A DNA stretch of 64,000 nt from a virus, in the IMG/VR virus record IMGVR_UViG_3300031873_000004, positions 1 to 64,000 of that record; one strand, given 5' to 3'. Position numbers and translations under genes: made by a program. Positions 17,484 through 27,097 of the stretch are shown piece by piece. Numbering within the stretch: position 1 is the first letter of the stretch; each line of letters opens with the position of its first letter. The notes beneath the pieces are model-generated. The model searched no databases. It saw only the letters and a program-made list of their open reading frames with translations, and was not told the origin of the DNA.

Positions 17484-18374
17484 GATGCCTATATCTCGCA
17501 TAAGCGCATCAGCCTCGGCCTGCGCCATCGACCCGGGATCGCCGCTATCCAATTCCACCACATGAGTCTCGCCAGGAAACGCGCTCAGGATGCACGATAA
17601 CCTATCAGCCGCCACCGCCGCGTTCGGATCTTCGTCAGCGCTATCGAGTATGATGAACCTGCGCTTGTACGGGCGCAGGAGTTGAACTTGCTCGTTAATA
17701 TAAGCCGTTCCAAAAGTCCACACAGCCCCAACACCTAATCGCCACGCATCACTCGCACCCTCAACAATCACCACCGTATCGCCTGTAACCAAATGCGCAC
17801 CGCCGAGGCAATACTTATGATCGCGCACCTCATGAGCCTTGTCACACGTCTTCCAGCGGAGGTCGCTCTTGCCAGTTACATCACGGCCTTGAAAACTTAC
17901 CACTTGCCCGTCATGATAAATCGGATAGGTGATGCGAAACTTGTACGGGCCGAGCGGCCCTGTTCCGGTCAATCCCCATGTTCGAGCGAGCTTGTCAGGA
18001 TCGTACCCGCGTCCGATGAGGTATTCCTTATGGATGCGTTCGAGCGGCCCGCCGGGGACGGTGCAGGTTTCGGCGTGCTGGACAGGTGCTATGTCCTCGG
18101 CTTCGTGCGATGGGCGGAGCTTGTAGCGCAGCATGAGTACGTAGGCTTCGTGTTCGGGGATGCCGAGGAGTGCGGATACCGTTTCATCAGTCTGGTGCCC
18201 GCGACATTTCCAGCAGCTCCAGTATTGATCGGCTATATTCCATCCGAGCTTATCCTTCGTGGAGTCACCGCAGAAGGGACAGGCTACGTTCACCCAGCCC
18301 CGCGCCACGTGCATTCCCTTTGTGGCTATCTTGATGCCGTGGTCGCGGAGCAGGGAGGTCATATCGATTAACAT
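17475..18374 (-). CDS. DNA primase (Zn ribbon plus TOPRIM)
   Basis: CPFC...CWKC, FQGR, VIVEG..DA, ILD, DPG. Confidence 0.88.
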   Translation of the reverse strand: MLIDMTSLLRDHGIKIATKGMHVARGWVNVACPFCGDSTKDKLGWNIADQYWSCWKCRGHQTDETVSALLGIPEHEAYVLMLRYKLRPSHEAEDIAPVQHAETCTVPGGPLERIHKEYLIGRGYDPDKLARTWGLTGTGPLGPYKFRITYPIYHDGQVVSFQGRDVTGKSDLRWKTCDKAHEVRDHKYCLGGAHLVTGDTVVIVEGASDAWRLGVGAVWTFGTAYINEQVQLLRPYKRRFIILDSADEDPNAAVAADRLSCILSAFPGETHVVELDSGDPGSMAQAEADALMRDIGITK

Positions 18375-18379
18375 ATTTT

Positions 18380-18405
18380 ATTATACCCGTCCACCGAACT
18401 TTTGT
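18380..18405 (-). promoter_or_regulatory. Putative middle promoter; primase mRNA may be leaderless
   Basis: ATTACAAAAGTTCGGTGGACGGGTATAATA; ATG lies 5 nt after TATAAT with no RBS. Confidence 0.75.
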
Positions 18406-20009
18406 AATATCTCACCGAGCATCGAAGTCTCGTCATCCGGCGCTCCATCGAGCACCGCCGCCAGCACCTTCGCCTTGCGCACGAGCATGGACGCTATATC
18501 CTCTTCAATCGTTCCCGCTGCCAGCAGGTAATAGATATTCACACTCTCAGCCGCCTGACCGATGCGGTGGATCCTGTCCTCGGCTTGGGAGCATAACGCA
18601 GGTGTCCATGGGGCTTCAAGCATGACCAAACTATCCGCAGCCGTCAGCGTGATACCGACACCAGCCGCCTGTATGTTGCCGAGGAAGAGTTTGATAGCTG
18701 GATTGTTCTGAAACGAGTCAACCACCGCCTGCCGATCGCCAGCCGAAGTGCTACCATCGAGCCGTACAGATACACTTGGAAACGCCTGCTCAAGCGCGTT
18801 CAGCACTGCTTTATGTGTTGCCATGACCACCAGCTTCTTCCCGCTTTCGAGGAAGTCCGCAATCCATTCTATCGCTGCTGGAAGCTTGCTGAGTGCGGCC
18901 ACCTGTTTCAGTCCTTCGATGCGGCTGAGCGTCTCGGCTCGGCTTGCTCGCTTGGCTTTCTCAATCTCACCCTCGCTGCGCAACCATGCGATGAAGTCTG
19001 CTTCAGCAGCTTTGTAGCGGGCGGGATCGTCGAGCGCCATCGGCACGTAGGAATACTGCTTCGGCGGTAGGTCTTTCATCACATCAGCCTTGAGTCGTCT
19101 AATCATGACTGTTCGGTGAAGCAGCTCGGATAATTCGGGAATATTTGACGCGCCTGTGAAATCCCATCCGAACCGAGTATGCTTTGCGCCACAAAACTTC
19201 TGAGCGAAGTGCCAGAATGAAGGGAACACTCCGGGAGCCACGATATTTACCGTGTTAAACAGCTCTACGGGGCGATTTAAGATGGGTGTGCCGGTCAGGG
19301 CTATAACGTGCTGCACTGGCTTACAAAGTGCCTGTACGGCCTTCGTGCGCTGCGTGGAGCGGCTTTTTATGGCATGAGCCTCATCCAGTATTACAGCCTT
19401 GATAATCTTCGGCAGGTCATCCCGGCGCTTGGCGAGGATGTCATAGTTGATTATGATAATGCTGCCGGGGATCTTGCGCCCGGTCGTCCCCTCCACCACG
19501 GTTATGTCTTCATCCTCGTGTAGCCACCGCTCGGCCTCCCGCTTCCAGTTGAGCTTGAGCGAGGCTGGGCAGACGATTACTGCCGGACGTGCTTGCGGAT
19601 TGAGGTCGAGCCATGCGAGCGCTTGTACAGTTTTACCCAATCCTTGCTCATCACCAAGCAGCGCTCGGCCTTGCATGGACATGAGTCGCTCGACACCCTC
19701 GCGCTGGAATGGGTAAAGCTCCCCGCGCAATTGCACACCGCTCAAGTCCACGGTCGGCACAGGCGCTACGCGGGCGAGGATGAAGCGCGACACCTCGGCA
19801 TCCATTGTGAATCCCCAGTCACGGAGTTTCTCAACGTTCGGCACACTGAGGTCAGCAGTCCATCGTTTATCGGTTGAGTGCCAGCGCCGGTCGCTGAGGG
19901 ACTTGACCTTGTTGAGCACGCCGGGATCGTATGGGAATTTTATACTCAGACGGGTTTTGGCTGCGGTGAGTTCTACCCGCCCGGTCGCGTGAGTCGCTTT
20001 GTCGGGCAT
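18381..20009 (-). CDS. SNF2-family helicase with N-terminal HARP-like domain
   Basis: DEQGLGKT, DEAH, LTGTP, QAEDRIHRIGQ. Confidence 0.92.
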   Translation of the reverse strand: MPDKATHATGRVELTAAKTRLSIKFPYDPGVLNKVKSLSDRRWHSTDKRWTADLSVPNVEKLRDWGFTMDAEVSRFILARVAPVPTVDLSGVQLRGELYPFQREGVERLMSMQGRALLGDEQGLGKTVQALAWLDLNPQARPAVIVCPASLKLNWKREAERWLHEDEDITVVEGTTGRKIPGSIIIINYDILAKRRDDLPKIIKAVILDEAHAIKSRSTQRTKAVQALCKPVQHVIALTGTPILNRPVELFNTVNIVAPGVFPSFWHFAQKFCGAKHTRFGWDFTGASNIPELSELLHRTVMIRRLKADVMKDLPPKQYSYVPMALDDPARYKAAEADFIAWLRSEGEIEKAKRASRAETLSRIEGLKQVAALSKLPAAIEWIADFLESGKKLVVMATHKAVLNALEQAFPSVSVRLDGSTSAGDRQAVVDSFQNNPAIKLFLGNIQAAGVGITLTAADSLVMLEAPWTPALCSQAEDRIHRIGQAAESVNIYYLLAAGTIEEDIASMLVRKAKVLAAVLDGAPDDETSMLGEILQKFGGRV

Positions 20010-20020
20010 TCGGAGTCTCC

Positions 20021-20482
20021 TTAATTATCGAACCAGAATACAATTCGCTCCACGCCTACATCCTTCAGTTTTTGGATTTCCACAAAGAATTCGTCTCCGA
20101 GGAATTCACGGAAAGTCATTTCCTTTCCGTCTCCCTGTTCCGCTGTTGCTCCACAGTCCCATGAGTTAGGTCCGGTTTGCCGTGTCACCCGCCGGTCCTC
20201 CATCTTTGCATCGTAGTTGAACGACGCAAGTTCTTCGACGCTTAACCATGAGGGGCTGTGCGTATCCGAGCCCCTGTCCTCGTAATCCTTCGCAACTTTC
20301 ACACTCACGTCCTCCGGCACTCCGCGCCTTTCGGTAATCGGCGGCACGGCTGAATAATTCCGCACGTTTGCCAGAAATCCGAACATGCCGTATGATCTCC
20401 AGTTGAACGGTTTCAGCCCCGGTATCTTTTCGTAATCTCCCGCTGTTTTCTGTTCTGCATGGCTGTGAATATCACACCCCAT
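20021..20482 (-). CDS. Conserved phage hypothetical protein (MGCDIH...RIVFWFDN)
   Basis: Recognisable phage family termini; AAGGAGG RBS. Confidence 0.75.
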   Translation of the reverse strand: MGCDIHSHAEQKTAGDYEKIPGLKPFNWRSYGMFGFLANVRNYSAVPPITERRGVPEDVSVKVAKDYEDRGSDTHSPSWLSVEELASFNYDAKMEDRRVTRQTGPNSWDCGATAEQGDGKEMTFREFLGDEFFVEIQKLKDVGVERIVFWFDN

Positions 20483-20875
20483 ATCACTACCTCCTTAGTT
20501 GTTAGGCTGGTTCATCGCCTGACTGTATCGAGCCTTCGCTTCTGCGATTTCGGCACTGGTCAGCTTGACGGTCTTGATGTCATATTTCCACACCCGTTTA
20601 TGCTGGCGCTCGGCCCGGTTGGTGGCTTTCATCTTCGGTGTGTTGTTATCGTCTTCGCGTTCCATTCTAATCCTCCTGGGTGCTGATATAGGCGCATAAT
20701 GCGGTTATTAAAATGAGCAGTATCATCACGCTGTCCGGTGGGCTGAAGAAGGCTTGCATTTATTTACCTCGACATTCCCGTTCAATAAACTTCATCAGAC
20801 CGTTTGCAAATAATATCCCGCATAAAAATCCTACCAAAAACATACCACATATCCAACTCATTAATTCGGTTGTCA

Positions 20876-21739
20876 TTATAAGTCTCCTTTGTCACGGAAT
20901 CCGAGGAAGACCGGGAAGCGAGGTGCTTCCAGCACTCCGACCGCCTGATATTTGAACTTCACAGTCATTCCGGGTAGCGTGTTTTTGTTTCTCCAAAGTT
21001 CAGCGCGGGTGGCAGCATCGAATCCTGTGCCGATGTTAAACTCGATCCCGTTGAAGCGTACCCGTAATGCACCGAGTGTGTTAAGCCCGGTCATGTTTGC
21101 CTTGTGGCTGCTGCGAGCTGTTCGGCCCAGCTCGTTCGTGGTGGCTTCGTTGCCATTGTGCATCTGCTCCTCGTAACCTATCACCTCGGCCTCGGCATCG
21201 GTGAATCGTTTGAGCTTGAGCAGTATACCCTCTTTCAGCGTTGAGCGGCCTTGCTTATATCTCCCGTCGAGGGAGCGCACCATCACCCCTTCGTACCCTT
21301 GGGCGAGGCAGGCGGTTTCGTATGCGAGGAGTTCAGATTCCTGTGTGCGGTATTCATGGGAGACGATCTTGAGCCAAGGTAAATCGAGCTGGTTTACTAT
21401 CTGACCAAGTCTGCGTAGGCGATTATTGAATGGACTTTCTGAGCCCGCAATATCAAACACATTGTAGGTGAAGTCCGGGGCTCCATCTCCCCCCATCACC
21501 GCGCTGGTCGAGGATTGGAATGTTGGGCCGCTGATAAGTTCGCCATCGAAATTGTAAGCGGCGAGGTGTACCGCCAGAAGATTGCGGATGTGGTGGTTTG
21601 GGATCGGCTTGAGGTTGCGGCTGACCGCCTTACCGTCGATAATGAGGCAGCGGATGCCGTCGAGCTTGGGTGAGGCGAGCACTGGGTATTTGATGGTTGC
21701 GGTGTCTTCGATTGTTCCGGCGAGTAGTGGTTTAAACAT
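20876..21739 (-). CDS. ATP-dependent DNA ligase
   Basis: KLDGIR, DGEL, EGVM, KLK, GTGF, PRFP. Confidence 0.93.
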   Translation of the reverse strand: MFKPLLAGTIEDTATIKYPVLASPKLDGIRCLIIDGKAVSRNLKPIPNHHIRNLLAVHLAAYNFDGELISGPTFQSSTSAVMGGDGAPDFTYNVFDIAGSESPFNNRLRRLGQIVNQLDLPWLKIVSHEYRTQESELLAYETACLAQGYEGVMVRSLDGRYKQGRSTLKEGILLKLKRFTDAEAEVIGYEEQMHNGNEATTNELGRTARSSHKANMTGLNTLGALRVRFNGIEFNIGTGFDAATRAELWRNKNTLPGMTVKFKYQAVGVLEAPRFPVFLGFRDKGDL

Positions 21740-21941
21740 TGTCAGCTCCTTTAGGATGACGTTCTGAGAAGGACTTCATCCAGTAAATGAGGATAGACGA
21801 CGCTTCTTTGTGGTTAAGACTGAATTCTTCCTCAACGTATGATGAAGCCCCGAACATGTTAGTTACACCCGATTCACGAAGCTCGTCTAAATATATGAGG
21901 TGCTCATCTGTTACGTGTTCTGGTCTGATGGTGTTTCCCAT
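21732..21941 (-). CDS. Small conserved phage protein (YLDELRESGVTNMFGA)
   Basis: Known small phage motif; AGGGAG RBS. Confidence 0.7.
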   Translation of the reverse strand: MGNTIRPEHVTDEHLIYLDELRESGVTNMFGASSYVEEEFSLNHKEASSILIYWMKSFSERHPKGADNV

Positions 21942-21993
21942 TGTCAGCTCCCTTTCAGGTTATATGACCGACGGTCTTCGGGGCCGCCACCAT

Positions 21994-22065
21994 GTCGCTC
22001 TCGTTTTGTTACCCATAATATAGCCTATCGCGGGTATTAAGTCAATAAGAAAATGCAAATATATA
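21994..22065 (-). promoter_or_regulatory. Early sigma70 promoter TTGACT-N17-TATATT, copy 1 of a 72-bp duplication
   Basis: Near-identical to 23567..23638; AT-rich UP element. Confidence 0.8.
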
Positions 22066-22074
22066 AAGAATTAT

Positions 22075-22662
22075 TTACAGGCTCTTTTCAGCAGAAATCC
22101 TCGTTTTCCGGCGCTTAACCGGCACCCCCGCAATCTCCGTCCGCAGCTCCCGCATCGTTTCCCGTGTGTCAGCCCAGGTCAACCCCTGCACATTGCGAAG
22201 ATGCTTGACCACCTTGCCCCGCGCCTTGGTATGGCTCTCCGTGCCTTCGATACCGAGAACCTCCGGGTGGTTGGCGACGAGCCATGTTACCTTGTACGCA
22301 GCCTCGCTCAGCATGGCGACACTCTGTTTGAGGATCAGCACGTTTTCCATATCTGAATGACTGTGAGATACAACCGCTTCTGCCTCGGCTATATCTGCGT
22401 GAGTATGTGAGCGTTCATCGTTGCAATAGGTCTGCAAAGCGTTTGATATTGCCCGCCAGATAAATGTGCTTTCAGCACCCCGTTCGCTATCGTATTTCGG
22501 AGCAGCTTCGACCAGAGCGAGGCAGGCTTCGGCAAACAACTCTTCCTGTTCAATGCCGGATGATCGGGAGAACCCCCAAGCGATTTTGTGCAGGAGTTTA
22601 TAGTTGCGCTCGTACATGGAGCCGATGTCATTCGTTGAGTTAGTTTTCGAGGCTGTCAGCAT
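22075..22662 (-). CDS. Sigma70 region 2-containing transcription factor
   Basis: EELFAEACLALVEAAPKYDSERG.ESTFIW..I. Confidence 0.75.
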   Translation of the reverse strand: MLTASKTNSTNDIGSMYERNYKLLHKIAWGFSRSSGIEQEELFAEACLALVEAAPKYDSERGAESTFIWRAISNALQTYCNDERSHTHADIAEAEAVVSHSHSDMENVLILKQSVAMLSEAAYKVTWLVANHPEVLGIEGTESHTKARGKVVKHLRNVQGLTWADTRETMRELRTEIAGVPVKRRKTRISAEKSL

Positions 22663-22799
22663 TTTGCATCTCCTTTTCGATTGGTCGGTTAATATTATTT
22701 ACCAACTTCCTTCCACCTTCACAGTTGCACCACGATTGCAGCAAGCGCCCAGTGATCACCGACCACGTAAACCCTGCACCACAAGTCGGGCAAACCGGG

Positions 22800-23030
22800 C
22801 TATCCCCGCGCACTGAAGTTCACCCCGTCGAGCGGTTCTCCGCATTGGCAGCCTGACCAAGTTTCAGGTATGCGTTCGGTTGCACAATCTCGGCAGATCG
22901 CTTGATGCTCGTTTATTTCGATGGGTGAATCGCCGAGGTAGTGGATGCTGCGTATTTCCTGTTCATGCTCGCCACACCAGTCGCAGGGTTTGTCGAATAC
23001 TTGATTTCCTAAATCATATCCTTGTACCAT
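22800..23030 (-). CDS. Small Zn-finger hypothetical protein
   Basis: Three CxxC/CxC motifs; GGAGG RBS. Confidence 0.55.
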   Translation of the reverse strand: MVQGYDLGNQVFDKPCDWCGEHEQEIRSIHYLGDSPIEINEHQAICRDCATERIPETWSGCQCGEPLDGVNFSARG

Positions 23031-23032
23031 GA

Positions 23033-23443
23033 TTACATACCTCCTTCACGATATGCAATGAGGGAGAGTATTGTATGCTTAAAAAATCTGTAGAATGCTT
23101 TTCCGTTCGAGTCGAGTTTTTCAGCTTGGGCTTCAGTGAGAGACTTCCATTCGGTGATTGTTTTAATATAACATCCGATGGAAATATGAGTTTCCATGAT
23201 TGTAACTTGATATGGGAGTCCGATTATGTTGATTGGAGATTTTAGTACCTGTGCATTCCCGGATACCCATGCATTCCCGTATACCTGTGCATTCCCGTAT
23301 ACCCATGCATTCCCGTATATTGAGAGATTTATTTCATTTTCAATCCATCCACCAACTTCATCGGTTAAAACTCGTTTGATCTGTTTCAACGTGATACCAA
23401 ATATAATCTTTGTCTTACCTGTGAATGTGTATTTCGTATTCAT
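23033..23443 (-). CDS. Hexapeptide (GNAWVY) repeat beta-helix protein
   Basis: GGWIE.E.NL followed by four GNA[W/Q]V repeats (18-bp tandem). Confidence 0.75.
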   Translation of the reverse strand: MNTKYTFTGKTKIIFGITLKQIKRVLTDEVGGWIENEINLSIYGNAWVYGNAQVYGNAWVSGNAQVLKSPINIIGLPYQVTIMETHISIGCYIKTITEWKSLTEAQAEKLDSNGKAFYRFFKHTILSLIAYREGGM

Positions 23444-23566
23444 TTTAAAGTCTCCTTTAGAAGTTGGTGCCGAGGGCTCGTCACCCTCGGCTGTATAGGT
23501 TAGTTTGCAGCCGCACCCTTGAGCTGTGCCATTTTGTCGGCCATCGCTTCATGGTCTGTGGCCTTT

Positions 23567-23638
23567 GTCGCTCTCGTTTTGTTATCCATAATATAGTCTA
23601 TTGCCGATATTAAGTCAATAAGAAAATGCAAATATATA
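23567..23638 (-). promoter_or_regulatory. Early sigma70 promoter, copy 2
   Basis: Same -35/-10; sits at the divergence point of the two genome arms. Confidence 0.8.
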
Positions 23639-23702
23639 TAATAATGAAAACAAAGGCTTATTGGCCCATTTGCAATATATAATGGCTTTTAGGATAAATA
23701 TT

Positions 23703-24374
23703 ATGCCAAGAGGCGACTACAAAAAGCCGAAATTACGCGTTAAAAAATCACCAGCATTGCAGCACGGGAAAAAGGTAGCGGGACGACCCACGTCATACGA
23801 ACCTGACCGCCACCCGCACGACGCGTATGTAGCCTGCTCACGTCTGGGCGCAGAAAACAAAGACCTCGCAGCCTTGTTTGAGGTGAGCAGTGAGTTGATC
23901 GAGCTCTGGTTAAGGAACTACCCTCAATTCAAAGCAGCTGTTCGTGTCGGTCGTGACGAATGGGATAGTATCAACATTGAGAAATCTCTCAAGCGCCGCG
24001 CAATGGGGTATGAGTACGAGGAAGTCAAGAGGAGCGCAAAGAACGGTCTGGAAACTACCACTAAGCACATGGCACCCGACGTCGGAGCCTGCATATTCTG
24101 GCTCATCAATCGACAGAAGGATCGCTGGCAGCAGATGCGCAATGTAGTCGTAACGGGTAAGACGGAGACAGACTTCAATGTCACTACAAATCATAAAATC
24201 AGCATAGCCAATCTCGACAGGAGTCAGCTTGAGCAGTTGCGAGACATTATCACCATCGCCAAGAACGTCCCCGCCCTCCCCGCACCAGTCCCCGGCAATG
24301 GATCTGAGCATATTGCCGGAACTGGAAACGGTGGAAACGGAACTGGCGACCAGGTATCTAAAGCCGTTCACTGA
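23703..24374 (+). CDS. Terminase small subunit
   Basis: GRPTSY, HTH, PDVGACIFWLINR; precedes TerL. Confidence 0.85.
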   Translation: MPRGDYKKPKLRVKKSPALQHGKKVAGRPTSYEPDRHPHDAYVACSRLGAENKDLAALFEVSSELIELWLRNYPQFKAAVRVGRDEWDSINIEKSLKRRAMGYEYEEVKRSAKNGLETTTKHMAPDVGACIFWLINRQKDRWQQMRNVVVTGKTETDFNVTTNHKISIANLDRSQLEQLRDIITIAKNVPALPAPVPGNGSEHIAGTGNGGNGTGDQVSKAVH

Positions 24375-25881
24375 GCAAGCGTGGCACGTGCTTGAGCCGG
24401 TGACAGACTTTACTCCCGGATGGCACCTCGATGCCGTTGCAGACCATTTGGAGTCTGTCGCGCTTGGCATAGGGAAGCCTGATGCGCCCGGTGCAATCCG
24501 TCGTTTAATAATCAACATCCCGCCCCGTCACAGCAAGAGCCTGCTCGTATCGGCAATGTTCCCGTCATGGTTATGGATAAATCACCCTGCATTCAGAAGC
24601 ATCACCGCGTCATACGGCCAAGACTTAGCGGTACGTGACGCAGTCAAGATGCGCAGGCTCATCACATCAAACTGGTATCAGAATCGCTGGTCAGACAGAT
24701 ACCAGCTCACCGGCGACCAAAACGCCAAGCAACGGTACGAGAATGACAAGACCGGCTACCGCATAGCAACCAGCGTGGACGGCATAGCGACAGGTGAAGG
24801 CGGAGACGGAATATTTATAGACGACCCGCACAACATCAAGGACAGTCTGAGCCCAGTCAAATTGCAATCAGTCATAGACTGGTTTGATATGGTAATCCAA
24901 ACCCGCCTAAACAATCCTAAGACAGGTTTCATCGTGCTGATCATGCAACGCTGCCACGAGAGGGACTTGACCGGCCATATATTAAGCAAAGAACTCGGCT
25001 ACACCCACTTATGCCTACCCGCCAGGTACGAGCGGAATCATCCGCAAGCATGGCCAGCCGACCCACGTTCGGTAGACGGCGAGTTGTTGTGGCCGAGTAT
25101 GTATGGCGAGACTGAATTACTAAGCCTCGAAAAAAGTATGGGGACTTATGCGGCAGCTGGTCAATTGCAACAGCGCCCGACACCTCGCGAAGGTGGGATG
25201 ATAAAGCGGGGATGGTTCACGATAGTGGAAGCCCTCCCAGCAGCACATCGTCGCACAGTCCGGTTCTGGGATAGGGCGAGCACGGAGAAGACGAGACTGA
25301 ACGATCCTGACTGGACAGCGGGTGCGAAGTTGAGCTGTCATGAGGGACTTATATACATTGAGCATATAGATGCGTTTCAGGCATCCAGCCATGAGAACGA
25401 GAAGCGCATCAAGCAGCGGGCTATCATGGACGGACCTGATGTGCAAGTGTTCATGGAAGAGGAGCCCGGCAGTAGCGGTAAGGATACCATCTCCCATTAC
25501 TCCCGTAACGTGCTTCAAGGGGTCGCTTTCAGGGGTAGACGCTCGACTGGACCGAAGGAATCCTATATAGACGTGATTGCTGCGCAGGCCGAGGCTGGCA
25601 ACGTGCGCTTGCTCAAGGGTGACTGGAACGAGGCATTTCTCAAGCAGTGCGAGCAGTGGCCGATGGGCGCGCACGATGACTATATCGACGCGGTGGCGAA
25701 GGCTTACGCTGAGATAAGTGCGAACTCAGTCAACATTCGCGACTTGAGCGATAACGTAGACATGGATGTGATAGACGAGAACACGGCACGAGCTGAGGAG
25801 TTGCGGGCGTATCAGAATATTAATCCCTCGATGATAGAAGCAACGCCGACAAGCATATTCAGAGATCCGGAGGCTTATTAA
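24298..25881 (+). CDS. Terminase large subunit
   Basis: NIPPRHSKS, FIDDP, IMQR.HE.DL, RFWD.A, HDD.IDA. Confidence 0.95.
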   Translation: MDLSILPELETVETELATRYLKPFTEQAWHVLEPVTDFTPGWHLDAVADHLESVALGIGKPDAPGAIRRLIINIPPRHSKSLLVSAMFPSWLWINHPAFRSITASYGQDLAVRDAVKMRRLITSNWYQNRWSDRYQLTGDQNAKQRYENDKTGYRIATSVDGIATGEGGDGIFIDDPHNIKDSLSPVKLQSVIDWFDMVIQTRLNNPKTGFIVLIMQRCHERDLTGHILSKELGYTHLCLPARYERNHPQAWPADPRSVDGELLWPSMYGETELLSLEKSMGTYAAAGQLQQRPTPREGGMIKRGWFTIVEALPAAHRRTVRFWDRASTEKTRLNDPDWTAGAKLSCHEGLIYIEHIDAFQASSHENEKRIKQRAIMDGPDVQVFMEEEPGSSGKDTISHYSRNVLQGVAFRGRRSTGPKESYIDVIAAQAEAGNVRLLKGDWNEAFLKQCEQWPMGAHDDYIDAVAKAYAEISANSVNIRDLSDNVDMDVIDENTARAEELRAYQNINPSMIEATPTSIFRDPEAY

Positions 25882-25882
25882 T

Positions 25883-27097
25883 ATGATATTCGAGACAGGT
25901 GACAGAGTAGTGCGAGTGGATGGCAAGGGCGGCATGATGCTCGTCATCGACGCGAGTGTGAAGTGGGTGCGAGTGCAGCATTGCGATGAGAATGTCACGC
26001 CGCTTCAGCGCAAGCAGGAGGTGCTCGTGCCGGAGTTGTTGGTGAAGCGGGACTATGTGCGGGATGATCGTGGGCGGTTTGGGAGTGGGTCGGGTGGTGG
26101 CGCAAAACCCAGTAATGAAGAGTCTGAGAATGCAGCCCGCAGTGGTAGTCCTTTCAAACCAGGTGACAAGGTGCGAGAACATAATCGGGTTGAGGTAGGA
26201 ACCGTGACGGGTCACAATCGTCATGGTCAAGTTCGGGTTGATGTTGGTGGTCGTGAAACTATCTATCATCATGCGAATTTAAGAACATCTGATTCCGTAA
26301 CCAAACCCTCCGCACCCATTGCCGCGATACAGGAGGCTCAACGCGGACGTACAGTTATTAATCCTCATTCTATCACAGCTGTTGAGGAATCACAACGAGC
26401 TGTTGGTAACGGAGACGCTCGATCCCACGCCAGAGCCGTTGCTGCGCATGATGCAGCTGCTATATACACATCGAATACTCAAGTGCGGGCAGGGGAGAAG
26501 CCTTTGTCTGAATTACATAGAGCAGCTGCGCAATTTCATCGAGATGCTATAGCGTCAGTAATCAAACCCTCCGCCGATAAGCTCCCAGCTCCAAAACATC
26601 CCAACGCGACAGTAATGTCGGTTCACGGGACGCATCATGTTGAGCGTTTTTCACGGGAAAACGCTCCGACACAGTATGATGTCATTGAAACGAGCACAGG
26701 TACGTTTCGAGGGAGTTATCCGACACATGAGGCTGCGGGAAGGGTTGCGGATGGTCACTCATCTCGTTCACTCCCAGCAGCCCACCAGGAAGCGCGTGAG
26801 CGCAACGTGGCGGCTGTCCGAGCAGGGGTGGGGCAGAGTGATGTACCGTCGACCGTTGATAGGTTGCCAGACGGGCGTTATGATTACCGTTCAGCTGGAC
26901 AGCATGGCTTGTTTGTTACAAGTTCTAAATATCCACCTAAAGTTGGTGGTGAGGTAGATTTCGCAGATAAGAATGGTAATAAAGTACAAGGGCGAGTTGA
27001 ACATATCGGAAATGGTAATATTCACATACGACAAGCTAATAACGATGGCTATTTCAAAGGACCGTTGCACGTTATGAGGATGATAGCTGAACGGTAA
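25883..27097 (+). CDS. Mosaic protein with RDDRGRFG motif, SH3-like and His/Ala helical segments (candidate virion cargo)
   Basis: Shares a block with 39324..39755. Confidence 0.7.
   Translation: MIFETGDRVVRVDGKGGMMLVIDASVKWVRVQHCDENVTPLQRKQEVLVPELLVKRDYVRDDRGRFGSGSGGGAKPSNEESENAARSGSPFKPGDKVREHNRVEVGTVTGHNRHGQVRVDVGGRETIYHHANLRTSDSVTKPSAPIAAIQEAQRGRTVINPHSITAVEESQRAVGNGDARSHARAVAAHDAAAIYTSNTQVRAGEKPLSELHRAAAQFHRDAIASVIKPSADKLPAPKHPNATVMSVHGTHHVERFSRENAPTQYDVIETSTGTFRGSYPTHEAAGRVADGHSSRSLPAAHQEARERNVAAVRAGVGQSDVPSTVDRLPDGRYDYRSAGQHGLFVTSSKYPPKVGGEVDFADKNGNKVQGRVEHIGNGNIHIRQANNDGYFKGPLHVMRMIAER

Noticed and set aside
23247-23320. 18-bp tandem repeat
   Set aside because: Ordinary coding GNAWVY hexapeptide repeat
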